A DNA stretch of 64,000 nucleotides from Octopus vulgaris (lineage: Eukaryota): NCBI GenBank assembly GCA_951406725.2, contig OX597814.1:212102001-212166000 (forward strand), in the 5' to 3' direction. Numbering within the stretch: the first letter of the stretch is position 1; every line of letters begins with the position of its first letter. The position numbers and the translations under genes were made by a program. This document shows positions 1 to 14,389 of this stretch, in pieces. The notes under the pieces are model-generated. The model was not told where the DNA came from and ran no database searches. It saw nothing but the letters and a program-made list of their open reading frames with translations.

Positions 1-1263
1 AGGAAAGCTACGTAATCTAGTCTTCTCTTTCGTCCCGTGAGGAACGGAGACATTTTCCTAGCTTCATAACCATTAGAAGATAATTTACCAGAATTATACT
101 CTACTACATTCCATTACCTTATTGCTTTATATTATGATTTGGTGTATCTCTGATTATGAAGCGAAATTGAATATAATTTAAACGTAAAAGGTGTGTGTGT
201 ATGTGTGTACATATGCACACACACAGATACACACCCACAAAACCACACGCATCTGCGTACGTACATGCATACTCGTACCTACACGTACATAAACATAGAT
301 ATATATGTATGTTATATATACATATCAGTGGCGTGCAGTGACTTTTGAGGAGGATCATGCAATAAATACTTATTGGTTGAGCCGAAATATTTTGAAATTA
401 TTTATCTACGAAAACACATTTTGTTATGTAATATGGCCATGATTTCCTCCATAGCCACATTTCAGGCATTTGGACAAATATTTAGAAAATCCTAGAGAAT
501 CTATGAAAGTAATAGTACACATGTGTGTGTGTGAATGTGTGCATGAATTGTAAATTAGTTACAACAAAACGGGAAGATAATTTCAGTAAATCAAGGAAAA
601 ATTCCTGATTTTAGAAATTTGGAAACTTTCTTCAATACAGAGGATGGTTAATGATAATAATTTCAAAACTTACGACACAGAGAAATAGATATTTCAAAAT
701 CAACGTTTGATCTGACTAATTAAGAATTATCGGATTGTTGATATGTTTTGATTAGAATTTTTACGGGTCAAAAGTCAAACCCATTGAGACATTTATCCTG
801 TCAAGTTAGCGACATCAATTATAAAGAATTATTAACAAAGAGGAACTGATAGAAAGGGAGGGGAAAGCCAAAGCTGTAAACATTCGTTTTTCTCAAAGTA
901 TGTCTTCCGTAGTTATTTTATCGAGATAAAAAGGAAACTTACAAGCATTGACTTTACAGATAGGCAGGAAGGAATTGATAATTATTGAAAGGTAGGGAGG
1001 GAAGGAAACATTTCAAATACGTTTTTTCTTTAAATATATCTACAGGAATCAGAATGGGAATGCAGCAAATTATGGACGGTTTCCTTTGAAAGAATGTACC
1101 TATTTTAGCTCAGTTTCCAATGATTTGGACGTCCTTTCAATTTGGTTATAAATGCATTACATTCTTAAAGTAAATTTTGAGCTATACAAAAATAAACGGA
1201 CATGCAGTGAATGACTGCACGCGATTGATACATAAACATATATATGTATATAGATACACAGAA

Positions 1264-1315
<52 letters not shown>

Positions 1316-3689
1316 ACACATATATATATATATATATAACAGGTGTTGTTTCCGTGATGTTACGTTACACTATATTACTTGCCCCCAACAGCCCATTCAT
1401 CATTTTTAGATTTAAAATTTTCTTTCAATAGAGAAACTGACCACAATATAGTTCCCTCTCTCAACCACCTCTTTTTCTGAAGTTTCATCTTGAAGACTGT
1501 TCTGACAGTCGGGTCCGTTGTTCGTGCTATATCCTAAGAGCCATAAATCTTTTAACTCAGAAAATCAATAAATAAACGCATTGCACCTGCCGCTGGGATT
1601 AGGATTATTCTTGATTTTCAGAGAGTACATGTAGAAGTAAATTTACCTGCCCTACATATACCTACAAAATACAGTTCATAATTTAATTAAAGGTCATTAT
1701 GTGTGTGCTTTACATATGAATTTTGCAGGCTTTTTTCATGCAGACCGAGTGATTAAATATTCATTCTCTCTTTAAATCATTTACTTCAACAAGCATATTT
1801 TAATTTGCCTTATATATTATGATGCACTATTCATCTGTTTGGAAAAGGTTTCCTATGAATATCATGTGTATGAACACCCGTAGCGTTTGAAATGTAGCAA
1901 CATCCTTCTTTTCCTCACTTCACATAAACGACCATTTCAAATGAGGCGTTTATTGAAGATTCGATAGAGTTAACTATTAACGAATGTCTTGAATAGCTCT
2001 ACATATTGCCTTGAAATGCTGTTCATTAGTTTCTTATTGTAAACAAAGGGTTGGATTATTCATTATGAAGAACTAATTCCTGATTCATTCAGGATGATAT
2101 CGTTTCTATTTTCATTTTCTCTGTTGGATTCATACCTTTAGATAACAACAATGTTTGCACGGCCGGAAGAATAACAGCGTTGTTGAAGCCATGTGAGTGA
2201 TTTGAAAATCCCTTTATAAATGGATATTTGTGAAAAGCTGTTACATGTAGAAATATAGCATTTAGAGCAGATATCAAGTGTCCTGGGAATAAATGTATTT
2301 CCATTTGTTTGCTTTCCCAACGTTTCAATATTCCCCATTCTACTCATATACTATTATGATAAAATAGGTACGATTTTGTGCTGTTTATAAAATGCAATAC
2401 GGCACAAGAGTACAATATGTTACATATATTTTGACATACAATGTTGTTCAATATATAGCAAAATCAAATGGCATGTTAACATAATAGAAATTCACAAGAG
2501 AGATGATAAGTTATGCTAATTAGCTGCCGGAAGTTTATAGGTTGAATAGAACATTGATGTTAATTATAAGTAATATCAGATTCTATTATTTTTTTAATTT
2601 TTTCATATATAGAAGGAATAATGATCTATATTTTCCATAAATATGAATAGTATATTATCTGAGATATTCTACGTAATGAGAATATATTGCACGGAGTCAA
2701 AGAGAAGCATAATTATATGCTATATACCACATCAATATAATGCGGTAAAATTGCAATTTGCATGGTTTGATCATATGCGTGATATCATGAAGAAAATGAT
2801 TCACACCTTGCTATTAAAATCTGAGAAATATAACCAGGTAGATATTTGCTACGTATTACAAATATTCATGTAATTTTCAAGAAAGCTTACTCATATTTTT
2901 AATGTCTATCTTTATTCTGAAAACAAAATTTATAAAGACAACACGGATTGCCGTAAAACATCTGACAGAGTAGTGAAAATGCCAATGAAGCAATAGATAT
3001 TAATTCATATTTCTAAGGTATATGTTTCTGAAGTTGAAAATCTTTTCAGCGATTCATTCTCACATGCCTTACATCATTTGAAAGGGCTGATGTATAAATC
3101 TATAGCGTTGTGTAGTACGAAGTGAATCATTAGAAACGTGTCAGCTGTGCTCTCCTTTGCTTATATATTCCACTTAACAAAAGAATTTATAGTGGAAACT
3201 ATAGGAAGAAATTTTTAGCAATTATATAGAAACTGCTGTCGAATAAACACATATCTCAAGCATTTAATGTTAGAATGGAATCTATTTTATGAGAAACAAT
3301 ACTTATTGAAATCTTACTGATTTCTACCCATAGCATATATAAACATAGTAAAGTTTCGTATAGATTTCAATGAAATGAAAGATTAAGTTTGAAGTTCTAA
3401 GCATACATTAAACAATTATTAACACAGTGTGTAATTCCATTGTTTCTATTACAATGACATTTGAATGGGGAAAAGTTTTATTAAACAGAATAAAGTCTTC
3501 ACTCCCTTGCAGAGCACATGTCTCTTAGCACAATAGGTACTAAATTAGAACATGATACACACACCCAAACGTACTTGAATTTATTTCTACAGACGCAAAA
3601 TATATAGAGAGTTTAGTGAACACTGGTAGCAGATACTTAGGTGAATTGACTATCATACGACATCTTCGAAGGGAGAGTCCATCATCGTC

Positions 3690-5465
3690 ATCTAACATTG
3701 GAGATGTACTACGGTGTCAGCTGTTCAATACCAGTGAACTAAGGTAACACCTCTTATTTTTCGAGCAACATCCGAAGTATTAGGGCGCTTCCAAGCAGTG
3801 ATGTTTTCTGCAAGTGCTGCCGCTTATTGCAGCCCCTATTTGTCCAATAAACATCTCAATATTTTATCTCACTTTTCACAGGGCTCCGACAATTATTGTT
3901 ACTATTACCAACTTGTTCATCGACCACAACTGCTTAACTTCCCAGGCTAACCTGTTATATCTATCGACTTTTCTGTATTCCTGATCAAATACATGGTGTC
4001 TGCTGGGCATACTATATCTATGATCCAGCATAGTTCGCTTTCTGTCTCAATTGACACTATGACTGGTTTCCTATTCTCTATCGCATAGTCGCACTGAATC
4101 ATAAAATCCAATAGGAGCTTTGCATTATTATTTTCGATGATGTCTTCGAGTTTATGATCGTAACACATTTTTCCTCTGTCAATACTTTGTTGTTCTGTCG
4201 ATACTCGTTACAAAATGTCCAAAGGAGAATCCGTGTTATGTTGTTATAACATCTCATATATTCTTTTTCGGCTAATGACGTACATTGCCTGGTAATATGC
4301 CATAGAGTTTCAGCATTTTGTCCACAAATTCTGCAATTATCACTTTGTGATGACTTGTCTATTCTGTATTTGATGTAATTGGTTCTTAATGCTTGCTGAT
4401 GGACAGCATAGATTAGAGACTCCGTTTAATCAGATCACATTTAATCATCCATAGCCATCTTCTTTCTCCGGCTGTATCATCTTCTACATCCCTATGAAAT
4501 TGCCCATGTACTCTTCTCTTTACCCACCTATTTTCAGTTTCATTCATTCTCAAGAGCTTGTATGGCGCTTATTCTTTACAATCTTCCATACTACAGAAGC
4601 TTGACATTCTTACTTCCAATAGTAGCGGTTCTAGGGTATTTTTACATACCATGCTATGTTGTGTCCTTCTGCTCTAATGCTTAGTTCGTATCCAATCAGT
4701 CCTCTTCCCCCTCTTTTTCGTGGTACATACAGTCAGTCTGTGTCACATTTTAGCTGAAGTGTTCCATATCTAGTTAGCAACTTCTTTGTATTTCTGTCTA
4801 GGCTGTTTGGTTCGTCTAATGCCCATGCGATTACCCATGCCCCATATATAAATAGTTAAAACGCCCAAGTGTTGATAGCTTCAATCTTATTCCGTCCGCT
4901 TAATTTCGACGTAAGGCCCAGTCTCAGTGTGTGCAAGTACACCACCTTAAATTCTTCTTTCATTTATTTCTGTATCAATTTATCCATTTCGAATATCCTC
5001 AAGTACTTATAACCAGTATCTTGTATCTGTTTCATAACCTCCCCCGACGGTATCGATAGCACGTACATACATTTGATTTTGCCTTTCTCCAAGACTAACA
5101 CACTACACCTTCTGAGTTCGAACTCTATTCTGATACCAGCGCTGAAGGTATGTATGTACCGTATCAACTAGGGAACTGACTTCTGATTCCAGCTTTACCA
5201 CAAAGTTTGAGGTCACCCATGAATAACAAGTGGTTGACTCAATGTTAGCGGCTTTTGAATACATAGGCAGCTGTTGCTGTCCTCAGAATCGGTATTATTG
5301 GTAGCATGCAGAGTACAAAGATAAGTGGGGACACAGTCTCCTTGGAGGATGCCTCTACTGATTTTTCTTGTCTCTAAACTTCTTCCATATGGGGTCAGTT
5401 CCGTTCGTATTTCCCTATAATGTTTCCAAGTAATCGGTGAACATTCCATGCAATGGCAAATTTGC
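3690..5465 (-). mobile_element. Degenerate, 5'-truncated R4/Dong-like (RLE-type) non-LTR retrotransposon, lineage A
   Basis: Broken minus-strand frames give RT motifs (KISRGILQGD; FELRRCSVL..GYKYL), the RLE region (LLLDFMIQCDYAIENRKP..WIIDIVCP) and a C-terminus LQKTSLLGSALILRMLLEK* ending near 3754. The 5' end abuts (TAT)n at ~5467. Confidence 0.85.
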
Positions 5466-5477
5466 TCATTATTATTA

Positions 5478-5551
<74 letters not shown>

Positions 5552-5820
5552 GCATTTGCGCAGCTTCTAACGCTGGATATATATTACGGTGTCAGCTGTT
5601 CACTTCTAGTTAACTAAGTTAACACTCCTTGTTTTTCGAGCGGTTCCAAGCAGTGCTATTTTCTGCAAGTTGTCCAACTTTATTGCAGCCCTTATTTGTT
5701 TCTATGTACTTCTCAAGACATTTACTCACTGATTCTGTCCTCAGAATCAGTATTAGTGATATCAAGCACAGTACAAAGATCAATTGGGACAGGCAGTCAC
5801 CTTGGAAGTTGCCTCATATT
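5552..5820 (-). mobile_element. Internally deleted derivative of Dong-like lineage A
   Basis: 5565-5700 resembles 3690-3840 (3' end) and 5730-5815 resembles 5275-5355 (RT QGD region), joined directly. Confidence 0.7.
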
Positions 5821-5839
5821 CATTATGATTTTTGTTATT

Positions 5840-6388
5840 GAGTGAGAGAGCAGCGCATGCCATCAAAGTGACTCTAGGGTAAAATGTACGAAGTCCAGTA
5901 TACCCATCATGACCACTCCTTAGATAAGGGTACACGAGACACATGAATCAAAACGGTATGTGTGCGACATGGTGATCTCATATCAAGATATTCATCGCAT
6001 GATCTTGCAGGTGGGGCCCAGTCAAAATTTTCTTCAGATCGAGTAGCCCATCCCGCTCAAATGATACCTGAATAAGGCTTGTTTAAGTATAATGAACAAA
6101 ACACCCATATTTCTAAAGAAGAATTATCCAAATCCCAAAGAACCCCTCTCAACACATGTCTAAGATGCATCCCCCATACTTCTGCACGTGATTAGAGATG
6201 CACATATCGTCAGTCACTAAGGGACATACTCAACTGGTTATGGTCAAACAATTCACAAGTCTGTAGTACTGAGCACTAAATTTGCTGTAGCCCATCTTTT
6301 ATGCCAAGACAAACAACCTACCTGATAGCACTTCCAATCAGTTAAAATCTGAAGCCTTGAGAACCATTCTGTGGTACTAAACCAGGGC
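5840..6388. mobile_element. ~545-bp non-coding interspersed element in (TAT)n, copy 1
   Basis: Aligns end to end with 7898-8441 (gagtgagagagcag...cagggc). TAT repeats lie on both sides. Confidence 0.8.
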
Positions 6389-6415
6389 ATTTGTTATTAT
6401 TATTATTATTATTAT

Positions 6416-6479
<64 letters not shown>

Positions 6480-6480
6480 T

Positions 6481-6695
6481 GAGACGTCGCACAGTATACA
6501 ATATCATGAGGTTTTTGATTGAAGGTATTGTCTACCTGAGGTTTGTACTGTTTGTTAAATCACAACACGGACCTCAGACAGACCATACTTTACACACAAT
6601 GGGTGCAGTTCCCAGTAATGCTGACTTTTGCAATATACCTAGATTGTAGAGTATATCTAACGTTTCCGGATGATTTTTTTTTCAGATTGTGTTAT
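6481..6695 (-). mobile_element. 3' fragment of a third Dong/R4-like lineage (C)
   Basis: Minus strand encodes LQKSALLGTAPIVCKVWSV*, homologous to the C-termini of lineages A and B, followed by a different 3' UTR. Flanked by (TAG)n and (TAT)n. Confidence 0.7.
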
Positions 6696-6696
6696 G

Positions 6697-6774
<78 letters not shown>

Positions 6775-6792
6775 ATTATTATTATTATTATT

Positions 6793-7857
6793 CAGTAGTT
6801 TTATTTTTATAGCGTGCTTTCACTTCACTACCGAGCGCAGCTCTGTGTGCCTTGGGTATGTGCTGTGATTTGTTGTGATGCTCTGATGGTTATTGTATGG
6901 AAAGTGTTCTGCGTAGGATGTGTGCAGTGCCTAGTAGTGCAATTTTCTGTATGTTATATGTGTTTGTAAGTCCTGGTGTTTTTGTTATGTATTTGTCTGA
7001 ATATTTTTTTATCATGCCTAATGCACCTACTATGATAGGAATTGTTTCTGTTTTCAGATTCCACATTCTAGTTACCTCTATTTCCAGGTCTTTGTATTTT
7101 GAGTGTTTCTCCATTTCTTTTAGAGACACGTTGTCATCAGCCGGTATTGATACATCAATTAGAAAGCATTTTTTTTTCTTCATGATCTCTGACAACTATA
7201 TCTGGTCTGTTGGCCTTAATTTCTCTATCTGTGTGTATCGGCATATCCCAGAGTATTGTTGCTTTCTCGTTTTCTGTGACCTTTTCTGGTGTGTGCCTAT
7301 ACCATCTTTTTTCTGTTGTTATTCCATAATGTTGGCATAGCTTCCAATGTATGTAGGTTCCAACTCTGTCATGTCTGTGAATATATTCCTTCTTAGCCAG
7401 GACTGGGCAGCTAGACATAATATGATTTATTGTTTCTTGTCCATCTCTACATATTCTGCAGTTACTTGTAATATTTCTTTTCATTACATGTTTTTGGTAA
7501 TTTCTGGTGGGGAGGCTTTGGTCTTGTGCTGCAATTAAAAATCCCTCTGTCTCAGCTTTGAGTCCTGAGCTTCTCAACCATTGCTGGGATTTTTCTTTGT
7601 CTATTTCTTTAGCGTTTAGTTTAGTGCAGTATTTACCATGAAGGGGCTTTTCTTGCCATCGTTTTATCATGGTTCGTTGCTGTTCTATTTTTAGTTTGGA
7701 TTTCATTTGTTTTATAGCTTTTGTTGTTTCTTCATCATCTTCTTCTTCTTCTTCTTCGTGTTTATTAGGTGGTATGATTTCTTGTTTGTATTTGTCAGCT
7801 TCCTTAAATACTGAGAACAGTTTTTTGTTTTGCTCGTGTTTTGCTGCTATCTGGATC
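6793..7857 (-). mobile_element. Young 5'-truncated R4/Dong-like retrotransposon, lineage B (CCHC finger + RLE endonuclease)
   Basis: ORFs 7155-7706 and 6890-7195 join across one A-run frameshift: AAQDQSLPTRNY, CRIC..ETINHIMSSC, RHDRV, RPDIVV..LIDVSIP..KEMEKHSKYKDL, IQKIALLGTAHILRRTL*. (TAT)n on both sides. Confidence 0.93.
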
Positions 7858-7897
<40 letters not shown>

Positions 7898-8441
7898 GAG
7901 TGAGAGAGCAGTTCATGCCATCAAAGTGACACTGGGGTAAAATATACGAAGCCCAGTATACCCATCATGACTACCCGTCTGATAAGGGCACACCAGGCAC
8001 ATGCATCACAACCATATGTGCGCGATATGGTGATCTCATATCAAGATAAACAGCACATGACCTTGCAGGTGGGGCCAAGTTAGAATTTTCTTCTGGTCGA
8101 GTAACCCATCCCACTCAAAAGGTCCTTGAATAAGGGTTATTTAAGGATGTTAAATGAAACACCCATGTTTCCAGAGGTGAATTATTTAAACCCCAAATAA
8201 TCCCTCTCAAAACATGGCTATGATGCTCCCCCACTACTTTTGCTCGTGATCAGATATGCACATATCGTCAGCCACTAAGGGACATGCTCAATTAGTTAAA
8301 GTCAAACAACTGATAAGCAAATCTGTGGTATTGAGCAGAATATTTTCTGTAGCCCATCTTTTATACCAGGACAAAACAATGTACATGATAACGCTTCCAA
8401 TCAGAAGCCATGAGAGCCACTGCCTGGTACTGCATCAGGGC
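7898..8441. mobile_element. ~545-bp non-coding interspersed element in (TAT)n, copy 2
   Basis: Same termini as 5840-6388, with (TAT)n on both sides. A short reverse-complement fragment lies at ~61820-61863. Confidence 0.8.
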
Positions 8442-8442
8442 C

Positions 8443-8513
<71 letters not shown>

Positions 8514-10212
8514 TGTGTATCAGTGATGTCAGTTATTTTACCAGTTTGTTTTACTGAATTTGAAACTGCAATCTGTGCTTTGAAATATCTTTTCCTGACT
8601 TGCTTTTATACGGTATTTAATACGGATTCTTCATTCTCAAATCGTAGCCTATTTCCCCTGTTTTCTGACAGATAAAACAAGTCTCCTTCATCATAACATC
8701 TGAAATTACGAAAACACCCCTACTTAGACTGCATTTCATATAAAGCCTTACAATATGCCTTTCTTTGCGAAACATATTATATAACGCCATCAGCTTTGTC
8801 GTGTTGTTATCTATATACTGTAGTTCTTAGCGTTTCCTTTGATGATGACTTCACAGAAGAAAATAATTGTGACAGCACGTCCGAAGATAATTTTGATATT
8901 CTTACTGTTCATCAGGGTTTTGATCTATTGTCCTTTGCATAAATTCATTTTCAGTGTACCTTTCAAGGTTTTTGAAACTCATACCGTCAGCTTTCAGAAC
9001 CCTTAAATAATTGTACCTCACCACTTTATGAATTTGCTTTATTTTCTAACCTCTATCACGCCCAAATACTCCTATTTAATACAATATTCATTGCACATCA
9101 ATATCCGTGAAGCGACAATTTGTTTTTCATTAGCTCAAATAATTTCAATTACCCGTAAATAATTCTTGGTTGGTTATTTGTTCCGTGTCAGTACCTGTAC
9201 CCTTTTGTGAATAAATTGTTCATTGGTATAAGACAGAAATAGCAAAAATGATAGCCTTACCTATTGAAATATTCTACTCTATCCTTTCTGTCCCCACTTT
9301 CTCTCCGCTCTACGAGTTTCTATCTCGCATTTGCTTCTAAAAAGATTTAACGTTAATTTTATATGAGGCAGTATAATTTCTTTGTAAACTATACAGAATA
9401 TTGAGCGATTAACTAGAAATAATTTACAGCCGATGTGTAAATACAACAGTTTGGTTTCGTTTGTCTTGACACAGTCTGTGACGGTCATTGCTTTCGGCAA
9501 ACAGTTTTTGCTTTTCTAAAAAATTTGTCTGGAGATGTCTAAAGCTGATTCCATTCACAGTACATTCACAGTACATGCTGCATAGAATGGTTTGTGGTGT
9601 AGTTCATGAAGTCGTTTTTTTCCATAAATATAAACATACGTGTCAATAGTGAGGTAGCTCATTCAAATCTCTTGGTGCGTAAATAATGTTAAATGTCCGT
9701 CACAAACAATTGAAAGAGATTATAAATTTAAGAATAGCATTGACATTTAAATTACTCATTTACGTTACACCTTTTCCGTTCAAAACAAATGTCGTCTCTC
9801 TAATTAACAAATTAATTAATGCTCCTTTCCTCTGAGTGTCATTCAATTAAAATACAAAATCAGTCTTTATACAATATGCCCTTGAAAATTTTATGCATTA
9901 GATTTAAATGCATCTTAAAATTTAAAATTGTTGCGATGGAAAATGTTTCAATTTCATTATTTATGAGAAAAATCCGTTTCATCATAGATTGAAAACTAAT
10001 TCGAGGCTATAACTTTCTAGCCATTTCAAATCAAAGCCAATACAAACGAAATCGTATTTGAATACTTTCAGGATTTTTAATCTGTAAATACATATATATC
10101 TATTTCAGATGCTTAAAAAAAGCAATATCTGATGCATAATATCATGAAACCAATTAATCAATATGTTGGTGACAAGTAGAATATAATTTTATTACGAATA
10201 AATATCCATCAG

Positions 10213-10262
<50 letters not shown>

Positions 10263-10546
10263 AGAGAGAGAGAGAGAGAGAAAGAGGGACAAACAGAGAG
10301 ATAGTGACAGAAAGAAAAAGAGAGATACAAATATAGGTGTGTGTGGGGGTATATGCGTTTGTTTTCGTGTTTGGCAGCTCGAAACACATGAGTCACAAAA
10401 AGATCACATCTAAACTAACTGCAGCGAAATATTTGTCACTTAAAATGCTGAAAATTTAATTAAATATGAAACAGAACATATGTCAAATTTTAAATAAGAA
10501 ATATACAGAGAATGAATTTGAGCAAATCATAAAAGCGATACATACA

Positions 10547-10610
<64 letters not shown>

Positions 10611-13270
10611 CATATATACAGACAGAAACATAGATAGAGAGATAGAGAGATATATAGACTGATAGATAGACAGGCATACACACACTCACATACATATACA
10701 TACACACACATATGAATATTCAAATAAAATTAATAATAACAGACAAGGTGTCGTGCAGAATCAATATATTATTTTGATGCTCAGTAAAAGAAAGGGTTTT
10801 TGAGGTTTTAATGATCGCTCTTCGTCGGAAAGGAGAAAAAGAAATGTCCAAAGAAGGAAAAGAAATCACCATATGTGTATTTATATGGATTCATCTTTCA
10901 TCCACACCAAATGAGTTTCGCTTTCGATGTTGCATCTGATGTTAAAATATATTGTATTCATGGTATTTATAATTGTACGTCAGTTGGGTGTATATTTAAG
11001 TGGTCTGAACTGAAGGCAGCGTAATAGATGGGCTCATATATAAACGAAAGATTAATCCTACCGAAGCAACTAGCGAAAACCATTCTAACATACTGAATTT
11101 GAAATAAAATCGTGATAGGTGTTATATGTGTGGAACTTATGTATTCGCTCTATAAACCGTGCCGTATCATTTTCTGTTTGGTGGTCAAATCATGGCAACT
11201 TAATTAATATCTCTAGTTGAAATATCAGTGCCTTTAGCGGGCACTGTTCAGCCACAGGTTGTCTCCTATATCTATCTGGGAAGTGTGGCTGGTGTTACCT
11301 TATTGTCTAGTGTGAAACGCAGTGTAAAATTAATTCTCTTTTGTAAACTCCTGTCCAACCCAGAAGCCACACATCATTTTTTGCAAATAAAAAACCTCCG
11401 TATCCTGCACAGCCCCAAGACACATAAATATCATTAATACCCTCGTCATTTTCTCCCTCAAATTCAGCCCTCAGTAAATCATAAGTCTCTGCAAACTTAT
11501 TGTGACAGCAGATTACACTCTCACAGCGATTTGTTGCACAACACATTCACAAGCTTCAAGTACGCCAGCGCAGACCTTATTGCACATCAATACCCCCGAC
11601 TGGCTAATGCTTCCCTCGTTTTATGTAAACTGTACCAAGTAACGAACCAGCATATGTGCTTCGATGCAAAACTATTACGATCTATAGGCATTATATTAAA
11701 ACCATCTTAAACATATATTTTCACTTTATTCACAAAATCGAAATCCCTTGCCCTAAGTGCCCTATATATTTATGACAGCGCTACCCCAGATTGGAGCTTG
11801 AACAAGACCTAGAAAATTGGACGAAAAATAAACAACTATTGAAATTGGCAGGCATCATTCACCATCGCAATTTTTGTAAGAACAACATTCAAACTGCGAA
11901 AGATGTGTCTGCTCATCGACTCAGATCTCCAAATTTGCAATCTGCTTTGCTTTGAATAATGTGATAACATTTAACCGACCACAATGAAATCCAAAATAGT
12001 TAGGCATATACGCCAAGTGGGGAAATAGGTTCCGTTCGATAAAAAAAAAAAAGACCACCGGCGATGAAAGTAGCCCTTCCATGTTCTTGAAACGATGCAC
12101 CTAAGTGCTTACACTCCCCAGAGTCTTCCATTTGTTTCTATTATTGAGATACATTACGAACATTCTAATCATGTTACGTTCCGTCTCTTTCCCCAGATGT
12201 TACTACTATCTCTCATTCTGTCAATAATTGCAATACAATATTTGCTTTCAGTATCTTAAAAGAAATGAAGATAAATGCTATCATGTGAACAACGATCATT
12301 TCGAAAACCTTAAATCTGTCTTATACTTCTAGGTCTCAATTATGGCTACTTGTAAGCACAAAGCACTCTGATTTTCACTGACATTTAGGTATTTGCCCTA
12401 GGGAAATTTAGTGGAAGCCATGATTTTCGTATATCACAGCAAAGTTAATGATCGTGTTCGGCATGAAATTTCCTTTAAAACCTATTTGCTTATGTTTCAT
12501 ATACATTTCTCATTTCTTGGACCTAAGGCTTTCTATCAATTTTCACGATCACAGCCTGCTGTCATTGAACTTTCTGACCCGAAATTAACTTCACTATCGT
12601 GTGGCTAACTTTCCTCTATGCCGAACAGATTTCATCATATACCTTGAGGAACTAAATGCCATCGAAGTCAATTTTATATGACATCATCTTTCAATATTCA
12701 TTAAGATAGATCCGCAAGTTTAATCTACATGCGACATAAACAGAATATTTTTAATTTGTCCAAATTACTCGAGAGACCTTTCACACTAATGTTGTCACTC
12801 TTAAGAACTGCAACGTAATCTTTGCTCATATTACAATATATTTCGACTCGAAGAGTGCAAGACTAGAACTGGCGGTTCTCAGTGTACCTAGGACAATAAA
12901 TGCTTGGGTCCTAAACGTGTTAATTTTCTACAAATCTTCTCTACACTCAAAATGGTCATCCACTCTAACATATGGAAAGGTGCTGCGTATGCATAGATAT
13001 CCTGAACCGCATTCAGAGAACATTCACTCAAGGGATTTTCGTAAACACAGAGACGCGTACCCAGTCTCATATGAGCTGAATTCATTTAGTCCTTACTCCT
13101 AATCTAGCCAGGTTTCTACTCCTAGACCTCGTTTGTGCGTTCTCATAGGCCCTGAAAATTTGAGAAGATCTGAGAAATTATTATTTCTATGATGCTGAAA
13201 AATGTCTTGTATAGAAGACTATCAATTTGTAGTAATCGTATTATTTGTAATAATCGTAATATTATGAACA

Positions 13271-14125
13271 TATCAGGTTCAGTAAAAAGTCAGCAACGTT
13301 TTTGAACCATGAAGAAATTTTACCGGACTTTTGCAGAAATTTGAAGTTTTTTAATAACGTTTTTTGCAGTTTCTGGTAATAAAGATATAGGCTTGCCCAA
13401 ACACATAAATAAATTAACATTGATATTTTTTACCGTTGTTAAAATCCTCTGAAATAGATCTGTCAAAGCGTGATATTCGAGACATTTTACTATGCAAATT
13501 CAAAAAAGGACGTGAAGCAGCTGATACCACTCGCAATATCGACGAAAAATTTGGTGAAAAATGGCCAGTGAGTGCTCAGCTCGAAAATTATTAAAACGAT
13601 TTCACAGTGGAGACGTGAGCCTGGAATACGAGTGGGCGTCCATCTGTCACCGATGACGGTCAAGATCGACGTTGACAAAGGTCCACGTCAACGCACTCGA
13701 GAACTGGCAAAAGAACTTCAAGTTAGTCAGAAAATGCGCAGATATGAAGTGTGCTCGTTGCTTCTTCTCCGTAACCATACCGATCAACTTCTCGGCAGTA
13801 TTGTAACTTACGATGGAAAGTGGATTCTGTACAATAGTAAAAACCGTTCTTCTCTGTGGCTGGAACAAATTGAAGCACGGAAAATTTTTCCATAAACCGG
13901 AGCTCTTCAAACATAGGTTATGGTGACTGTTTGGTGGTGTGTTACTGGACTCATTCAATGTAGCTACTTAAAACCTTGAAAAACCATTACTGCAGAAACA
14001 TATTGCCATGCAATTGCCAATATTAACGAAAACCTGATGTTCCTCCGTATCAGACTGGTGAACAGAAGAAGGCCAATCATTCTTCATGACAATTGTCGAC
14101 CACACGTTTCACTAACAACGCTCCA
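13271..14125 (+). mobile_element. Degenerate mariner transposon (3'-truncated)
   Basis: TIR-like start tatcaggttcagtaaaaagt. Frames give IRDILLCKFKKGREAADTTRNIDEKFGE, IVTYDGKWILYN, VMVTVWW and IILHDNCRPH. Confidence 0.9.
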
Positions 14126-14389
14126 GAATGTTTAGGTTCTAGCTGAAATTCTGCTACGATCAACTCTGACAGTCATTTTTCTGAGTCGTTAGGATAATTT
14201 ACCCGTCAAACAATGGCAATTGTGGCAATAATTAGATGCATCCTTCAAAACGTAACGTAATAGGTTTGTACTAAGAGTGCTCAGTTTGGTTTTACACTAA
14301 AACTCCGGCTTGAACTGCAAATAAAAACAGTAATACATACATACATTCGCTAGAACCCACATTATGCGATCCCCAAGAATCAGTCTGTG

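Noticed and set aside
326-480. hAT-like MITE start (cagtggcgtg)
   Set aside because: No matching second TIR or TSD found.
11200-13100. Higher-complexity sequence with several short ORFs
   Set aside because: No motif recognised on either strand. Probably old TE debris, left unannotated.
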